Shown: positions 51,716 to 60,607 of the stretch, piece by piece
Numbering within the stretch: position 1 is the first letter of the stretch
Layout: every line of letters starts with the position of its first letter
Source: a bacterium
Lineage (GTDB): Bacteria; Myxococcota_A; Bradymonadia; UBA7976; UBA1532
NCBI GenBank assembly: GCA_030426085.1
Contig: JAUHYW010000002.1
Span: 204,451 to 268,450 of the forward strand
Reading direction: 5' to 3'
DNA length: 64,000 bases
Position numbers and translations under genes: made by a program
Notes under the pieces: model-generated
The model's input: only the letters and a program-made list of their open reading frames with translations
Databases searched by the model: none
Told to the model about the DNA's origin: nothing

Positions 51716-54700
51716 CACTCCTCCTCCTCTTCTTCGCTGGGCAGCTCGGTGATGACCGCCTGGGCCACCGCCGGGGGACCGAAGTAGGTCGGCCGGGCCC
51801 GCCGCTCGGCGTTGTAGCGGTACTCTCGCGGACGCAGGCTCGCGAGCTGCTTCTCGGCGAGGTCCGACCATTGGTTGAACCAGCGCAGCTCCTGGGCCTT
51901 CTGCATGCAGAGCACGTAGGCCTCGACCGCCTTGCCGATCTGGACCTCGGACATGTCGGTCATCTGGCCCTTGAAGATCTCGGTCTGCTCGTCATTGAAC
52001 GACTTGGGCGCGGGGTAGTTGTAGATGTCGTTGCCCAGCGCCTGATACATCTGCCCGATCCGGGCCAGGGCCGCGATCGCCCAGTTCGGGGAGCGGAACT
52101 GAATCACCTCGAGGTAGATTTTCTGCGCCTCGACGACGATCTGGGTGCGCTCCTTGATGCGCGAGGTCATCTCTTTGACGAACCGCTTGACGTTGCGGAA
52201 CGACTTGCCCTTGAGCGGCTTGCGCTCGAGGTCGACGAAGATCGCCTCGCCCATCTTGAACCGGGCCTCGGCCACGGCCGCGATGCCGGTGGTCACCGCG
52301 TTCTTCTGGTCGTCGGGCAGCTCCATGAAGGTGGTGTAGGCCTCTTCGTAGGCCTTCTGGGCCTTGCGCTCGTCGGGCCGCTTGAACTTCATGTAGGCGT
52401 TGCCGATGCGGGTGTGGGCCTCGATGATCAGGTCGATCTTGGCCACCTTGCCGTAGTCCCGCATGAACTTCTGATAGTGGGAGACCACCCGCTCCCACTG
52501 CTCCTGCTTCTCGAGGATGCCGCCGAGCGAGAAGAAGACCTCCGACGCCTTCTCCTTGTCGTTGCGGCCGACGAGCTTCATGTACTTCAGGTAGTTGTCG
52601 GTGGCCTTGTCCAGCTCGCCGAGCCCCTCCCGGAAGACCGCCGCGTTGCGGATCGCGTCCTTGGCCTCGTCGGTGTCGGGGAAGTTCTCCGCGTAGAACT
52701 CGTAGACCTCGCTGGCCTTGGAGTAGATGGCCAGCGCGTGCAGGTTGCCGGCGATCTGGTAGGTCGCCTTGCGCACCAGTTCGCCCTCGCCGACGGTGTT
52801 GACCAGAGCCTGCCGCATCTGGATCGCCCGCTCGATCTGCTTCTCACGCTCGTAGTTGAGCGCCGCGTTGTACAGCGCCTCGTCGACGTACTCCGACTTG
52901 GGGAACTGCCGGGCGTAGCGCCGGAAGCAGCGGGCCGATTCGATGTACTTCTTGGTCGCCTCGATGCCCTGGCACTTCTTGAAGGTCGACTGCTGCTTGA
53001 GCTTGGTCAGCAGATCGTAGAACTCCGGGTCCCGATCGGGGGTGTAGAGCTTGAGGAAGATGTCGACCTGACTGTCGAGGGCCTTGAAGTCCTTCTTGAG
53101 GTTGTAGGTGTCGAGCAGCAGGTTGGCCGCGAAGATGGCCAGCCGGTGGTTGCGGTGCTTCTCGGCGATGTTCTTGAACCGGGGAATCGCCTTGTCGAAG
53201 TGGTTGAAGTCGTAATAGATGCGGGCCGCGTCGTACTCGATGTCGACGAGGAACTCGCTCTTCTCGACGTACTTCGAGTAGAGGTCGCAGGCCGCGATGT
53301 AGGCCTTGTGATCCTCGGAGATGGGATTCGGCTCGGGCACCTTGACCTCTTCGCCCGAGCTGACCATGCCCTGATCCTGACCCCGGGTCTCGGGCTGGGA
53401 CGGCTGAGCGAGGTTGAGCAGCTCTTTGTAGGCCAGCACGGCGCCGTGGGCGGCGTCCTTGGTGTGCTCGCCCTTCGGCTGCAACGCGAGGGCCTTCTCG
53501 TAGTTGGTCGCGGCGTCCTTCCACTTCTTGAGGTCGTAGAGCAGCTCGGCGAAGTAGAAGGTCATCTCGTAGGCGTTCTTGCCGCTGGGGAAGATCACCA
53601 CGTAGTCGGTGTAGAGGTCGTAGGCCAGCGCGGCGTGGTCCGGGTTCTTGGTCTTCATGTAGAGGCGGTGCTTGTCCACCGCCGTGCGCCGCAGCAGCTC
53701 CTCGATGCGGGTCTCGTCCTTGGCCACCCGCTCGGGCTCGGCGTCCTTCGCCCCCTTCACGGTCGCCCAGAGCTGCACGAGGCGCTTGAGCTCCTTGATG
53801 GCCTTGACCTGATCACCCAGGTTCTGGGTGTTCGAGGCGATCATGGTCTGGAAGCTGACCACCCGGTAGCTGCTGCGCTGCCGCTTGATCAGGTTGCGGA
53901 AGAGCTGGTTCGACTTCTCGTACTGGCCGGTGTCGGCGTAGGCCTCGGCCAGCTTCTCGGAGAGGTCGAGGTAGTCGTCGGGGGCCACCCGCTGGAAGAA
54001 CGAGATCGCCTTGTTGGGGTTGGCGTCCTCGAGGTGCACATAAGTGCGCACGAGGTCGCGCTGGGCCTCGCGGATGAGCGTCAGCCGGTTGCGGCCGCCT
54101 TTCATCTTGCGGCCGTGCTCGATCACCCGCAGGAAGACCTTCAGCGCGTCCTTGAACTTGCCGAGGTTGTAGTTGCACCAGCCGAGCTTGTAGAGCGCGT
54201 AGCCGTAGACCGTGCTGTCGCGGTAGCTGCTGGTGACCTTCTCGTAGGCCTTCTTGGCCTGAGCGACCTTGCCGTCCTCGAAGAAGATCTCACCGATGTT
54301 GAGCAGCGTGTCGGGCACGTGCACCGAGCGCGGATAGCGCCGGATCAGCTCGCCGTAGATCTTCTTGGCCGCCTCGGGCTGCTCCTTGCGCTGGTAGTTG
54401 AAGGCGAGCGCGAAGAGCACGCCGTCCAGCCGGGGGTAGCGGGGGAAGTTCTTGACGATGTGCTTGTAGACCTCGATCGCCTGGTCCCGGTACTTCTGGG
54501 CACCGGCGGCGGTCTGCTCCCGGGTCTGGGTGCAGCGGCTCGCGGCCGCGTCGTTGGGCGCCGACCGCAGGCACTGCTCTTCGGTGTCGAAGGCCCGCAT
54601 CTCGGTGGCGCTGGCGCGCTCCCAGTACATTTCGGACAGCCGGTACAGCAGGTCCGGCTTGGCCGGGTCGCTGTCGGGCGTGGTCTTGATGAGCTTCTTG

Positions 54701-54957
54701 AGCAGGTTGAAGGCTTCCTGCCACTTGGCCTCGGCGAGCTGCTCGGTCTGGCGACGCACGAACTGCTCGCCGCCGAGGCCGGGGCCCTTGCGCTCGGCCC
54801 GGCGCTTCTGGGTCGGCCCCTGGGTGTTCGGCTGAGCTTCGGGCACGAAGCTCTTCTTCTTTTCCTGCGCCGCCGCGTCTCCGGCGGTCAGGCCGCCCAG
54901 GGCGAGAGCAAACGCGGCGAGGGCTGCGGCTGCGGTGCGCCACGTCATCGGCCACAC
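51715..54957 (-). CDS. large secreted TPR-repeat protein (AgmU/GltD-like)
   Basis: Signal peptide MWPMTWRTAAAALAAFALALGGLTAGDAAAQ. 1080 aa of TPR-like repeats rich in K/Y/F/N. Ends in an EEEEEE tail. Confidence 0.75.
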   Translation of the reverse strand: MWPMTWRTAAAALAAFALALGGLTAGDAAAQEKKKSFVPEAQPNTQGPTQKRRAERKGPGLGGEQFVRRQTEQLAEAKWQEAFNLLKKLIKTTPDSDPAKPDLLYRLSEMYWERASATEMRAFDTEEQCLRSAPNDAAASRCTQTREQTAAGAQKYRDQAIEVYKHIVKNFPRYPRLDGVLFALAFNYQRKEQPEAAKKIYGELIRRYPRSVHVPDTLLNIGEIFFEDGKVAQAKKAYEKVTSSYRDSTVYGYALYKLGWCNYNLGKFKDALKVFLRVIEHGRKMKGGRNRLTLIREAQRDLVRTYVHLEDANPNKAISFFQRVAPDDYLDLSEKLAEAYADTGQYEKSNQLFRNLIKRQRSSYRVVSFQTMIASNTQNLGDQVKAIKELKRLVQLWATVKGAKDAEPERVAKDETRIEELLRRTAVDKHRLYMKTKNPDHAALAYDLYTDYVVIFPSGKNAYEMTFYFAELLYDLKKWKDAATNYEKALALQPKGEHTKDAAHGAVLAYKELLNLAQPSQPETRGQDQGMVSSGEEVKVPEPNPISEDHKAYIAACDLYSKYVEKSEFLVDIEYDAARIYYDFNHFDKAIPRFKNIAEKHRNHRLAIFAANLLLDTYNLKKDFKALDSQVDIFLKLYTPDRDPEFYDLLTKLKQQSTFKKCQGIEATKKYIESARCFRRYARQFPKSEYVDEALYNAALNYEREKQIERAIQMRQALVNTVGEGELVRKATYQIAGNLHALAIYSKASEVYEFYAENFPDTDEAKDAIRNAAVFREGLGELDKATDNYLKYMKLVGRNDKEKASEVFFSLGGILEKQEQWERVVSHYQKFMRDYGKVAKIDLIIEAHTRIGNAYMKFKRPDERKAQKAYEEAYTTFMELPDDQKNAVTTGIAAVAEARFKMGEAIFVDLERKPLKGKSFRNVKRFVKEMTSRIKERTQIVVEAQKIYLEVIQFRSPNWAIAALARIGQMYQALGNDIYNYPAPKSFNDEQTEIFKGQMTDMSEVQIGKAVEAYVLCMQKAQELRWFNQWSDLAEKQLASLRPREYRYNAERRARPTYFGPPAVAQAVITELPSEEEEEE

Positions 54958-56510
54958 TCCGACTTGATGGTGTAGAGGTAGTAGCCCAGCTCGTCTCGCC
55001 AGTACTCACCGGTGAAGGGCCAGTAGATGTGCTCGTCGTCGGTCGCGTGCGCCGGGCCGGAGTCGGCCTTGCGCTTGTTGACGAAGCCGGCGCCGCGCAG
55101 GGCGTTCTCGAGCACGCCCTTCTCGGCGGAGGCCACCTCGAACTCGACCTTCAGCGCCTGACTGATGAGGTTGTTGAGTTCGTTGACCACCCGCTGCAGG
55201 CGCTCCTTGGCCAGCGTGCCGGCCTCGTGCACCGCGATCGACTTGATGATCTCGGTCTCCTGCACGATGGACTGGGCGAGCTGGCTGCGGGCCCAGGTCG
55301 AGGTCGACTTGCGGATGAGGTCGACCTCGCGGTCGAGCTCGCGCACATAGGCGTTGATGCGCTTGAGGGCCTTGTCCTGGAAGGCGGCGTTCAAGATCTG
55401 GCTGACTCGGGGCGAGATGGCGGTTCCGGAGTCCTGCAACTTGCTGAGGAATTGGTAGAATTCCGTCGGATCGGAGAAGGAGTCGAGGTAGCCCTTGATC
55501 TCTTCCCGCAGGGGCTCGTAGGTCAGCCGGAAGTCGTTGATGGCGTCCCGGGTGCGCTCGTAGTTGCAGTTGGCGTAGAAGATCACCGCTTCGAGGATAC
55601 CGGCCTCGGGCACGTACTCGTCGCTGAAGAACGGCGAGTTGAGCGTGTGCAGGTTGCCGAGCGCCTTCTCGTGGTTGTTCATCCGGAAGAACGTCCAGCT
55701 CGCTTCGAAGAGCGCGTCGAGCCACAGCGTGCTGTCGAGCGGGATCCGGTCGTAGTACTTGACCGCCTGCCGGAACTGGCCGGTGCTGTAGAACACCCGG
55801 GCCATGCTCAGGATCGAGAGCTGGTTGAAGTAGCGCAGGTCCTCGGTGACCTCGTCGGCGTCGATGGTCGCCCGCAGCAGATCCTTGAAGGCCTCGACCG
55901 CCGGCTTGGGCTGGTCGAGGCGCACGAAGCTGATGCCCTCGAGGAACTTGGCCTTGGGGAAGTACTGGCTCTGGGCGTCGACCTGCTTGAGCAGCGGCAG
56001 GCCGGTCTCGACGGCGCCCTGCTTGTAGTAGTGCTGGCCGAGCAGGAACGCGAGCTCGTCGCGGAACTCGGCGGGGCAGTCGGCCGGCTTGTAGTTGGAG
56101 ATCTTCTCGAGCAGCCCCGGGTCGCCGGAGATCTTGCGCGAGAGGTAGTACAGCCACTTGCAGGTGGCCTTGTAGTACCGATGGTCGGGGCCGGCCTCGA
56201 CCACCCGGGCGAAGTAGTTGAGCGACGCCTGGAAGAGCCCCAGCCGGTAGAGCGTCTTGCCGAGGGTGTACTCCGCCTTCTGCTCGTAGGGGTTGACCGC
56301 GACCTCGTTGCGGCTGACGAGCCGATACAGGATCAGGCTCGCCCGCAGGAAGTCGTCGTTCTTGTAGGCCTTGAGCGCCTCTTCGAGTTCGGCCTTGGCC
56401 TCCTCGTCCTCTTCGACGCTGACCGGCGCGAAGGTCATCGGCTCCTGCGCGACCGATGCGGCGGGCAGCAGGAGAATCAGGGAGAGGGGGAGGAGACGAC
56501 GCAGCAGCAT
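54945..56510 (-). CDS. secreted TPR-like helical-repeat protein
   Basis: Signal peptide MLLRRLLPLSLILLLPAASVAQE, start at the internal Met of ORF 54945..56609. Helical repeats throughout. The 3' end overlaps the start of the downstream gene by 13 nt. Confidence 0.6.
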   Translation of the reverse strand: MLLRRLLPLSLILLLPAASVAQEPMTFAPVSVEEDEEAKAELEEALKAYKNDDFLRASLILYRLVSRNEVAVNPYEQKAEYTLGKTLYRLGLFQASLNYFARVVEAGPDHRYYKATCKWLYYLSRKISGDPGLLEKISNYKPADCPAEFRDELAFLLGQHYYKQGAVETGLPLLKQVDAQSQYFPKAKFLEGISFVRLDQPKPAVEAFKDLLRATIDADEVTEDLRYFNQLSILSMARVFYSTGQFRQAVKYYDRIPLDSTLWLDALFEASWTFFRMNNHEKALGNLHTLNSPFFSDEYVPEAGILEAVIFYANCNYERTRDAINDFRLTYEPLREEIKGYLDSFSDPTEFYQFLSKLQDSGTAISPRVSQILNAAFQDKALKRINAYVRELDREVDLIRKSTSTWARSQLAQSIVQETEIIKSIAVHEAGTLAKERLQRVVNELNNLISQALKVEFEVASAEKGVLENALRGAGFVNKRKADSGPAHATDDEHIYWPFTGEYWRDELGYYLYTIKSECGR

Positions 56511-56617
56511 GGGCTGGACCTTCCTTGGCAGATGCCGTGCCCGAGGGCGCCATGTGGGCAACCCGCACGGATGCGAGCCTTTCGACGGGCAGGCGACGCA
56601 CCGGGACACCTCGGGTT

Positions 56618-56646
56618 CTTATACGAGCGCATGGGTACGAAATCAA
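56618..56646 (-). promoter_or_regulatory. sigma70-like promoter candidate upstream of the TPR/Glt-like gene cluster
   Basis: On the minus strand: TTGATT, 17 nt, TATAAG. It lies in the only AT-rich patch of the 315-nt intergenic region, ~100 nt upstream of the ATG at 56510. Confidence 0.35.
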
Positions 56647-56745
56647 AACATTTCACGGCGCCGGCAGCGGCCCGACGAGGCGGCGAGGCTTGCCGCGAGG
56701 CGGGCGATCGGCGTATCGTGCTGCGGCGTGGTCGTGCGGGTCGAC

Positions 56746-56773
56746 ATTGACAGCACGGCCGATCGGGTTAGGA
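56746..56773 (+). promoter_or_regulatory. sigma70-like promoter candidate for the small Cys-rich lipoprotein gene
   Basis: TTGACA, 16 nt, TAGGAT, located ~55 nt upstream of the ATG at 56826. Confidence 0.3.
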
Positions 56774-56825
56774 TGTCGCCGGCTCTCGGGGCCGCGATTC
56801 GCCATCAGCCACCGCAAGGTCTGCC

Positions 56826-57239
56826 ATGCGCTCCATGACGATTCCGTCCGTTCTCCTGCTCACGGCCCTCGGGCTGCTGGCGAGCGGCTGCGAGAACAGC
56901 TTCGGCCAGCCGTGCACGCTGCCCAAGACCGAGCAGTTCCGCCGGGCGTGCAGCCCGGTGCCGGTCGAAGACGGGCAGGAGGCGGGCGAGAACGAAGTCC
57001 AGATGGAGTCGCAGGCGTCATGCGCGGTGAAGAACTTCGCCGGCTGCCAGACCCGGATCTGCCTCGTCTACCAGGGCTCGGATTCGTACTGCAGCGAGGC
57101 GTGCACCACCGACGACGACTGCCCCGGCAGCGCGCTGTGCCGGCCCCTGCTCGGCGACGCCGATCTGGACGACGACCCCTGCGTGTCGGACGACGGCTTC
57201 CCCACCGAGTGCTACTGCGTGCGCTCGGGAGACATCTGA
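56826..57239 (+). CDS. small cysteine-rich lipoprotein
   Basis: Lipobox VLLLTALGLLASGC. Twelve Cys including a TDDDCPGSALC module similar to those in 223..765. Confidence 0.55.
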   Translation: MRSMTIPSVLLLTALGLLASGCENSFGQPCTLPKTEQFRRACSPVPVEDGQEAGENEVQMESQASCAVKNFAGCQTRICLVYQGSDSYCSEACTTDDDCPGSALCRPLLGDADLDDDPCVSDDGFPTECYCVRSGDI

Positions 57240-57263
57240 CCGGGGCCGGGCCTCGGCGCGATC

Positions 57264-57647
57264 TCAGAAGCTCCAGGGCGGGGTGAACGCGTTCTCGACG
57301 ACGTCGAAGCGCGGCTGCTGCCCCGTGAAGCGCACCCCCACCACATCGAAGCGGATGTCTCTCGCGGCTGTCGGTCGGCGGGCGAGGTATCGATCCGCGG
57401 CGCGGGCCACCCGGGCCTGCTTGGCCCGGGAGACGGTCAACGTCGGGCTGGGCAGGTAGTCGGTCGCGTGCGCCCGGACCTCTACGAAGACCAGTAGGCG
57501 GCCCCGCGCGGCGACGATGTCCAGCTCGCCTCCGCGGCACGACCAGTTGCGGGCCTCGATGGTGTAGCCCGCCCCGGCGTAGCGCTCGGCGACGAGCGTC
57601 TCGGCGCGGACGCCCAGGCGACGGCGGGCCTCGGATCGGGCGGTCAC
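57264..57647 (-). CDS. YraN family (UPF0102) putative endonuclease
   Basis: ~127-aa product (…GEAIAERYL…-type N-terminus, GELDIVA…LVFVEVRAH…) typical of YraN. GTG start overlaps the rnhB stop. Located downstream of rnhB as in many bacteria. Confidence 0.65.
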   Translation of the reverse strand: MTARSEARRRLGVRAETLVAERYAGAGYTIEARNWSCRGGELDIVAARGRLLVFVEVRAHATDYLPSPTLTVSRAKQARVARAADRYLARRPTAARDIRFDVVGVRFTGQQPRFDVVENAFTPPWSF

Positions 57648-58303
57648 TCGGGGGCGGTCCAGCGAAAAGTGCGACGGTGGATCGGGCAGGGGCCGAGCCG
57701 GGCCAGGGCCGCCCGGTGGGCCCGGGTCCCGTAGCCCTTGTGCCGGGCGAAGTCGTAGCCCGGGTGGCGGCGGTCGTAGGTCAGCATCATGCGGTCGCGC
57801 ACGACCTTGGCGATGACGCTCGCCGCGGCGATGTTGTGGCTGCGCCCGTCCCCTTTGACGAGGGGCCACTGCTCGCCCTCGTAGCCCGGCAGCGGCAGGT
57901 GACCGTCGACCAGCAGCGCCGCGGGGGGCGCGCCCAGGCGGCGGCAGGCGATGGCGACGGCGCGGCGCATCGCGGCCCGGGTCGCCTCGAGGATGTTGAT
58001 CGCGTCGATCTCGTCGGCGTCGGCCCGCCCCACGCCGACCGCATCGGCGAAGTCGGCGATGACGGGCACGAGGCGCTCTCGCGCAGCCGGTGTGAGCTTC
58101 TTGGAGTCGTCGAGCGCGGCGAGCGCCGACGGCAGCGGGCCGGCGGGCAGCGCGACGGCCGCAGCCACCACCGGGCCGGCGAGCGGACCACGCCCGGCCT
58201 CGTCCACACCGAGCAGCGGAGCGCGCCCGGTCTCGCGGGCCCAGCACTCGATGGCGCCGAGCGCCGCATCCCGCGGCGGCAGGGCGAAGAGTTCGGTCTG
58301 CAT
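57644..58303 (-). CDS. rnhB: ribonuclease HII
   Basis: GVDEAGRGPLAGPVVAAAV N-terminal catalytic motif and the DSKKLT motif. 219 aa. Confidence 0.85.
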   Translation of the reverse strand: MQTELFALPPRDAALGAIECWARETGRAPLLGVDEAGRGPLAGPVVAAAVALPAGPLPSALAALDDSKKLTPAARERLVPVIADFADAVGVGRADADEIDAINILEATRAAMRRAVAIACRRLGAPPAALLVDGHLPLPGYEGEQWPLVKGDGRSHNIAAASVIAKVVRDRMMLTYDRRHPGYDFARHKGYGTRAHRAALARLGPCPIHRRTFRWTAPE

Positions 58304-58325
58304 ACCGCCGGCCGGCGGATCCGGT

Positions 58326-58673
58326 TCAGTTGACGCGCCGGGCCTTGATCCGGGCGGCCTTGCCGAAGCGGTCGCGCAGGTAGTAGATGCGCGCCTGCCG
58401 GACCCGGCCGTGGCGGACCACCTCGAGGCTCTCGATCATCGGCGAGTGCAGCGGGAAGATGCGCTCGACGCCGATGCCGGAGCTCATCTTGCGCACGGTG
58501 AAGGTCGACCGGGCCCCGGCGGCGTGGCGGCGCAACACCACCCCCTCGAAGGCCTGGATGCGCTCCTTGTCACCCTCGCGGATGCGCACGTTGACCCGCA
58601 CGGTGTCCCCGGCGCGGAACGCCGGCACGTCTTTGCGGATGTACTGTTCTTCGATGGCGCTCAGAGCGTGCAT
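58326..58673 (-). CDS. rplS: 50S ribosomal protein L19
   Basis: 115 aa. [28 protein letters not shown]...RRVN matches bacterial L19. Confidence 0.9.
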   Translation of the reverse strand: MHALSAIEEQYIRKDVPAFRAGDTVRVNVRIREGDKERIQAFEGVVLRRHAAGARSTFTVRKMSSGIGVERIFPLHSPMIESLEVVRHGRVRQARIYYLRDRFGKAARIKARRVN

Positions 58674-58674
58674 G

Positions 58675-59418
58675 TCAGCTCACCTCGCTGGCATCGCTCG
58701 ATTCGGGATCGAGCAGGAAGCGTTCGTCTCGCGGCGTCAGGGACGCCGCCTTCAGCAAATCGGGCCGCAGGCGCGCCGTGCGCCGCAGCGATGCCCGCCG
58801 CCGCCACTCGGCGATGCGGGCGTGATGGCCGCTGAGCAGCACCTCGGGCACCCCGACCCCCCGCCATTCGGCGGGCCGGGTGTAGTGCGGGTGCTCCAGC
58901 AGCCCCTCGTTGTACGACTCGGTGGCCAGCGACTCGGCGTTGCCGAGCACCCCCGGCCGGAGCCTCATCGTGGCGTCGAGCACCACCAGCGCCCCCAGCT
59001 CGCCGCCGGAGAGCACATAGTCCCCGATGCTGACGGCGTCATCCACGTAGCGGTCGCGGATGCGCTGGTCGACCCCTTCGTAGCGGCCGCAGATGAGCAG
59101 CAGCGAGTCGAGCTTCGACCAGGCGACCGCGTCGGCCTGGGTGAAGGGCCGCCCGCTCGCCGTCAACAGCACCCGCCGCTCGACCGGCCCGGCCGACTCG
59201 ATGGCCCGGGCGAGGGGCTCGGGCTTCATCACCATGCCGGCGCCACCACCGAACGGCTCGTCGTCCACCGAGCGGTAGCGGTCGTCGGTGAAGTCCCGGA
59301 TGTCGATGGCCTCGACGGCGACCTGCTCCCGCTCGACCGCGCGGCCGAGCACACCGGTCGCGGCGTAGGTCCGCACGACCTCGGGGAACAGGGTCAGCAC
59401 CACGAAGCGCATGCTCAT
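58675..59418 (-). CDS. trmD: tRNA (guanine37-N1)-methyltransferase
   Basis: [38 protein letters not shown] and GRYEGVDQR motifs. Confidence 0.9.
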   Translation of the reverse strand: MSMRFVVLTLFPEVVRTYAATGVLGRAVEREQVAVEAIDIRDFTDDRYRSVDDEPFGGGAGMVMKPEPLARAIESAGPVERRVLLTASGRPFTQADAVAWSKLDSLLLICGRYEGVDQRIRDRYVDDAVSIGDYVLSGGELGALVVLDATMRLRPGVLGNAESLATESYNEGLLEHPHYTRPAEWRGVGVPEVLLSGHHARIAEWRRRASLRRTARLRPDLLKAASLTPRDERFLLDPESSDASEVS

Positions 59419-59930
59419 CCCGCCGCGCCGTCGTCGAGAAGCCCGTCGATGGGGGTGATGACCACCTCCCGCTTCTCGAAATCCATGCGCTTCACGAAAG
59501 CCTCGACGTTGGGCACCAGATGCCGTCGGCCTCGGCCCCGAACGACCAGCAGCGCGTGCGGGCCGACCTCGATCACGTCGACCACCTCACCCAGCTCGCG
59601 GCCGTCGACGGTGACGGCCCGGAGCCCGAGCAGGTCGGCCATGTAGACCTCGTCGTCGGCGAGTTCGGCGAACGCCGCCCGGGGCTCGAACCACCGATGG
59701 TGGGTCAGCTGTGCGGCGTCCTCTCGGGTCTCGATCCCGCTCAGCTTCATCACGATCCCCTTGGGATCGAAGCGCAGCCGCTCGACTTCGAACTCGCGCG
59801 TCTCGTCGGCCGACGGGCCGAGCCGGATCCGGCGACCGACGACCAGCAGGGGGCTCTTCGGGTTGTGCGCGTGAAAGCGGATCTCACCCCGTACCCCATG
59901 TGGTCGCCCGAAGCGGCCGAATTCGAGCAT
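59415..59930 (-). CDS. rimM: ribosome maturation factor RimM
   Basis: GRFGRPHGVRGEIR N-terminus with a PRC barrel-like C-terminus. Overlaps trmD by 4 nt. Confidence 0.85.
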   Translation of the reverse strand: MLEFGRFGRPHGVRGEIRFHAHNPKSPLLVVGRRIRLGPSADETREFEVERLRFDPKGIVMKLSGIETREDAAQLTHHRWFEPRAAFAELADDEVYMADLLGLRAVTVDGRELGEVVDVIEVGPHALLVVRGRGRRHLVPNVEAFVKRMDFEKREVVITPIDGLLDDGAAG

Positions 59931-59935
59931 GGCGC

Positions 59936-60163
59936 TCAGTCGGCGATTTCGACCGCCGGCGCCGGTCCGCCCCGGCTCGCCTCGGCGAGCACGGTCTCGA
60001 TCGCGCGGATCGTACGCCCGCCGCGGCCGATGATGGCGCCCCGGTCTTCGGGATCGACCATGACCCGCAGCACCGGGTCACCCCGGCGCTCGCCGTCTTC
60101 GATGCGCACCGCGTCGGGCTGCTCGACGAGCGCCTCGACGATGAAGGTCAGCAGGGACCGCAC
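59936..60163 (-). CDS. KH-domain RNA-binding protein (YlqC/UPF0109 family)
   Basis: 75 aa with IGRGGRTIRAI, a GxxG KH motif. Lies between rpsP and rimM as in the canonical operon. Confidence 0.75.
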   Translation of the reverse strand: MRSLLTFIVEALVEQPDAVRIEDGERRGDPVLRVMVDPEDRGAIIGRGGRTIRAIETVLAEASRGGPAPAVEIAD

Positions 60164-60167
60164 CCGC

Positions 60168-60449
60168 TCAGCTCGCCGCTTCGGCGGGCGCAGCGGACTC
60201 GGCCGCCGCCTCGCGCCGGTGCTTCTTGATCAGGCTGCGCACCGTGTCGCTGGGGCGCGCGCCGACCGAGAGCCAGTAGTCGAGGCGGTCGGTGGTGAAC
60301 CGGATCGCGTGCGGCTTCTGCATGGGATCGTAGGTGCCGATCTGTTCCAGAAACCGCCCGTCGCGCGGGCAGCGGGAGTCCGCGGCGACGACCCGGTAGT
60401 AGGGGCGCTTCTTGGCCCCGAACCGCTGCAGCCTGAGATGAACCGCCAT
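60168..60449 (-). CDS. rpsP: 30S ribosomal protein S16
   Basis: [26 protein letters not shown]...GTYDP matches bacterial S16. Confidence 0.9.
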   Translation of the reverse strand: MAVHLRLQRFGAKKRPYYRVVAADSRCPRDGRFLEQIGTYDPMQKPHAIRFTTDRLDYWLSVGARPSDTVRSLIKKHRREAAAESAAPAEAAS

Positions 60450-60514
60450 GTGGATGGTTCTCCTGTGGAGCGTAGAGATACGAGTCCGGCCCGTGCCGGC
60501 CGGAGAGCCCGGGG

Positions 60515-60543
60515 AAACTAGTGGGAGAGCCGGGCCTTGTCAA
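60515..60543 (-). promoter_or_regulatory. sigma70-like promoter candidate for the rpsP operon
   Basis: On the minus strand: TTGACA (60543-60538), 17 nt, TAGTTT (60520-60515). About 60 nt upstream of the rpsP ATG. Confidence 0.3.
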
Positions 60544-60607
60544 GCGACCGCAGGCGAACGAGGCCGCCCACGCGTCGTTTTTCGCCGGGGCGACCGCTCG
60601 AAGCCGG

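Noticed and set aside
50399-51787. 462-aa plus-strand ORF, and 55029..56750
   Set aside because: They are antisense to the AglT-like and secreted TPR genes and have no motifs. The sense frames have lipobox or signal peptides and TPR repeats.
51700-54975. 1091-aa plus-strand ORF
   Set aside because: It is antisense to the AgmU/GltD-like TPR gene. The minus-strand product has a signal peptide and TPR repeats.
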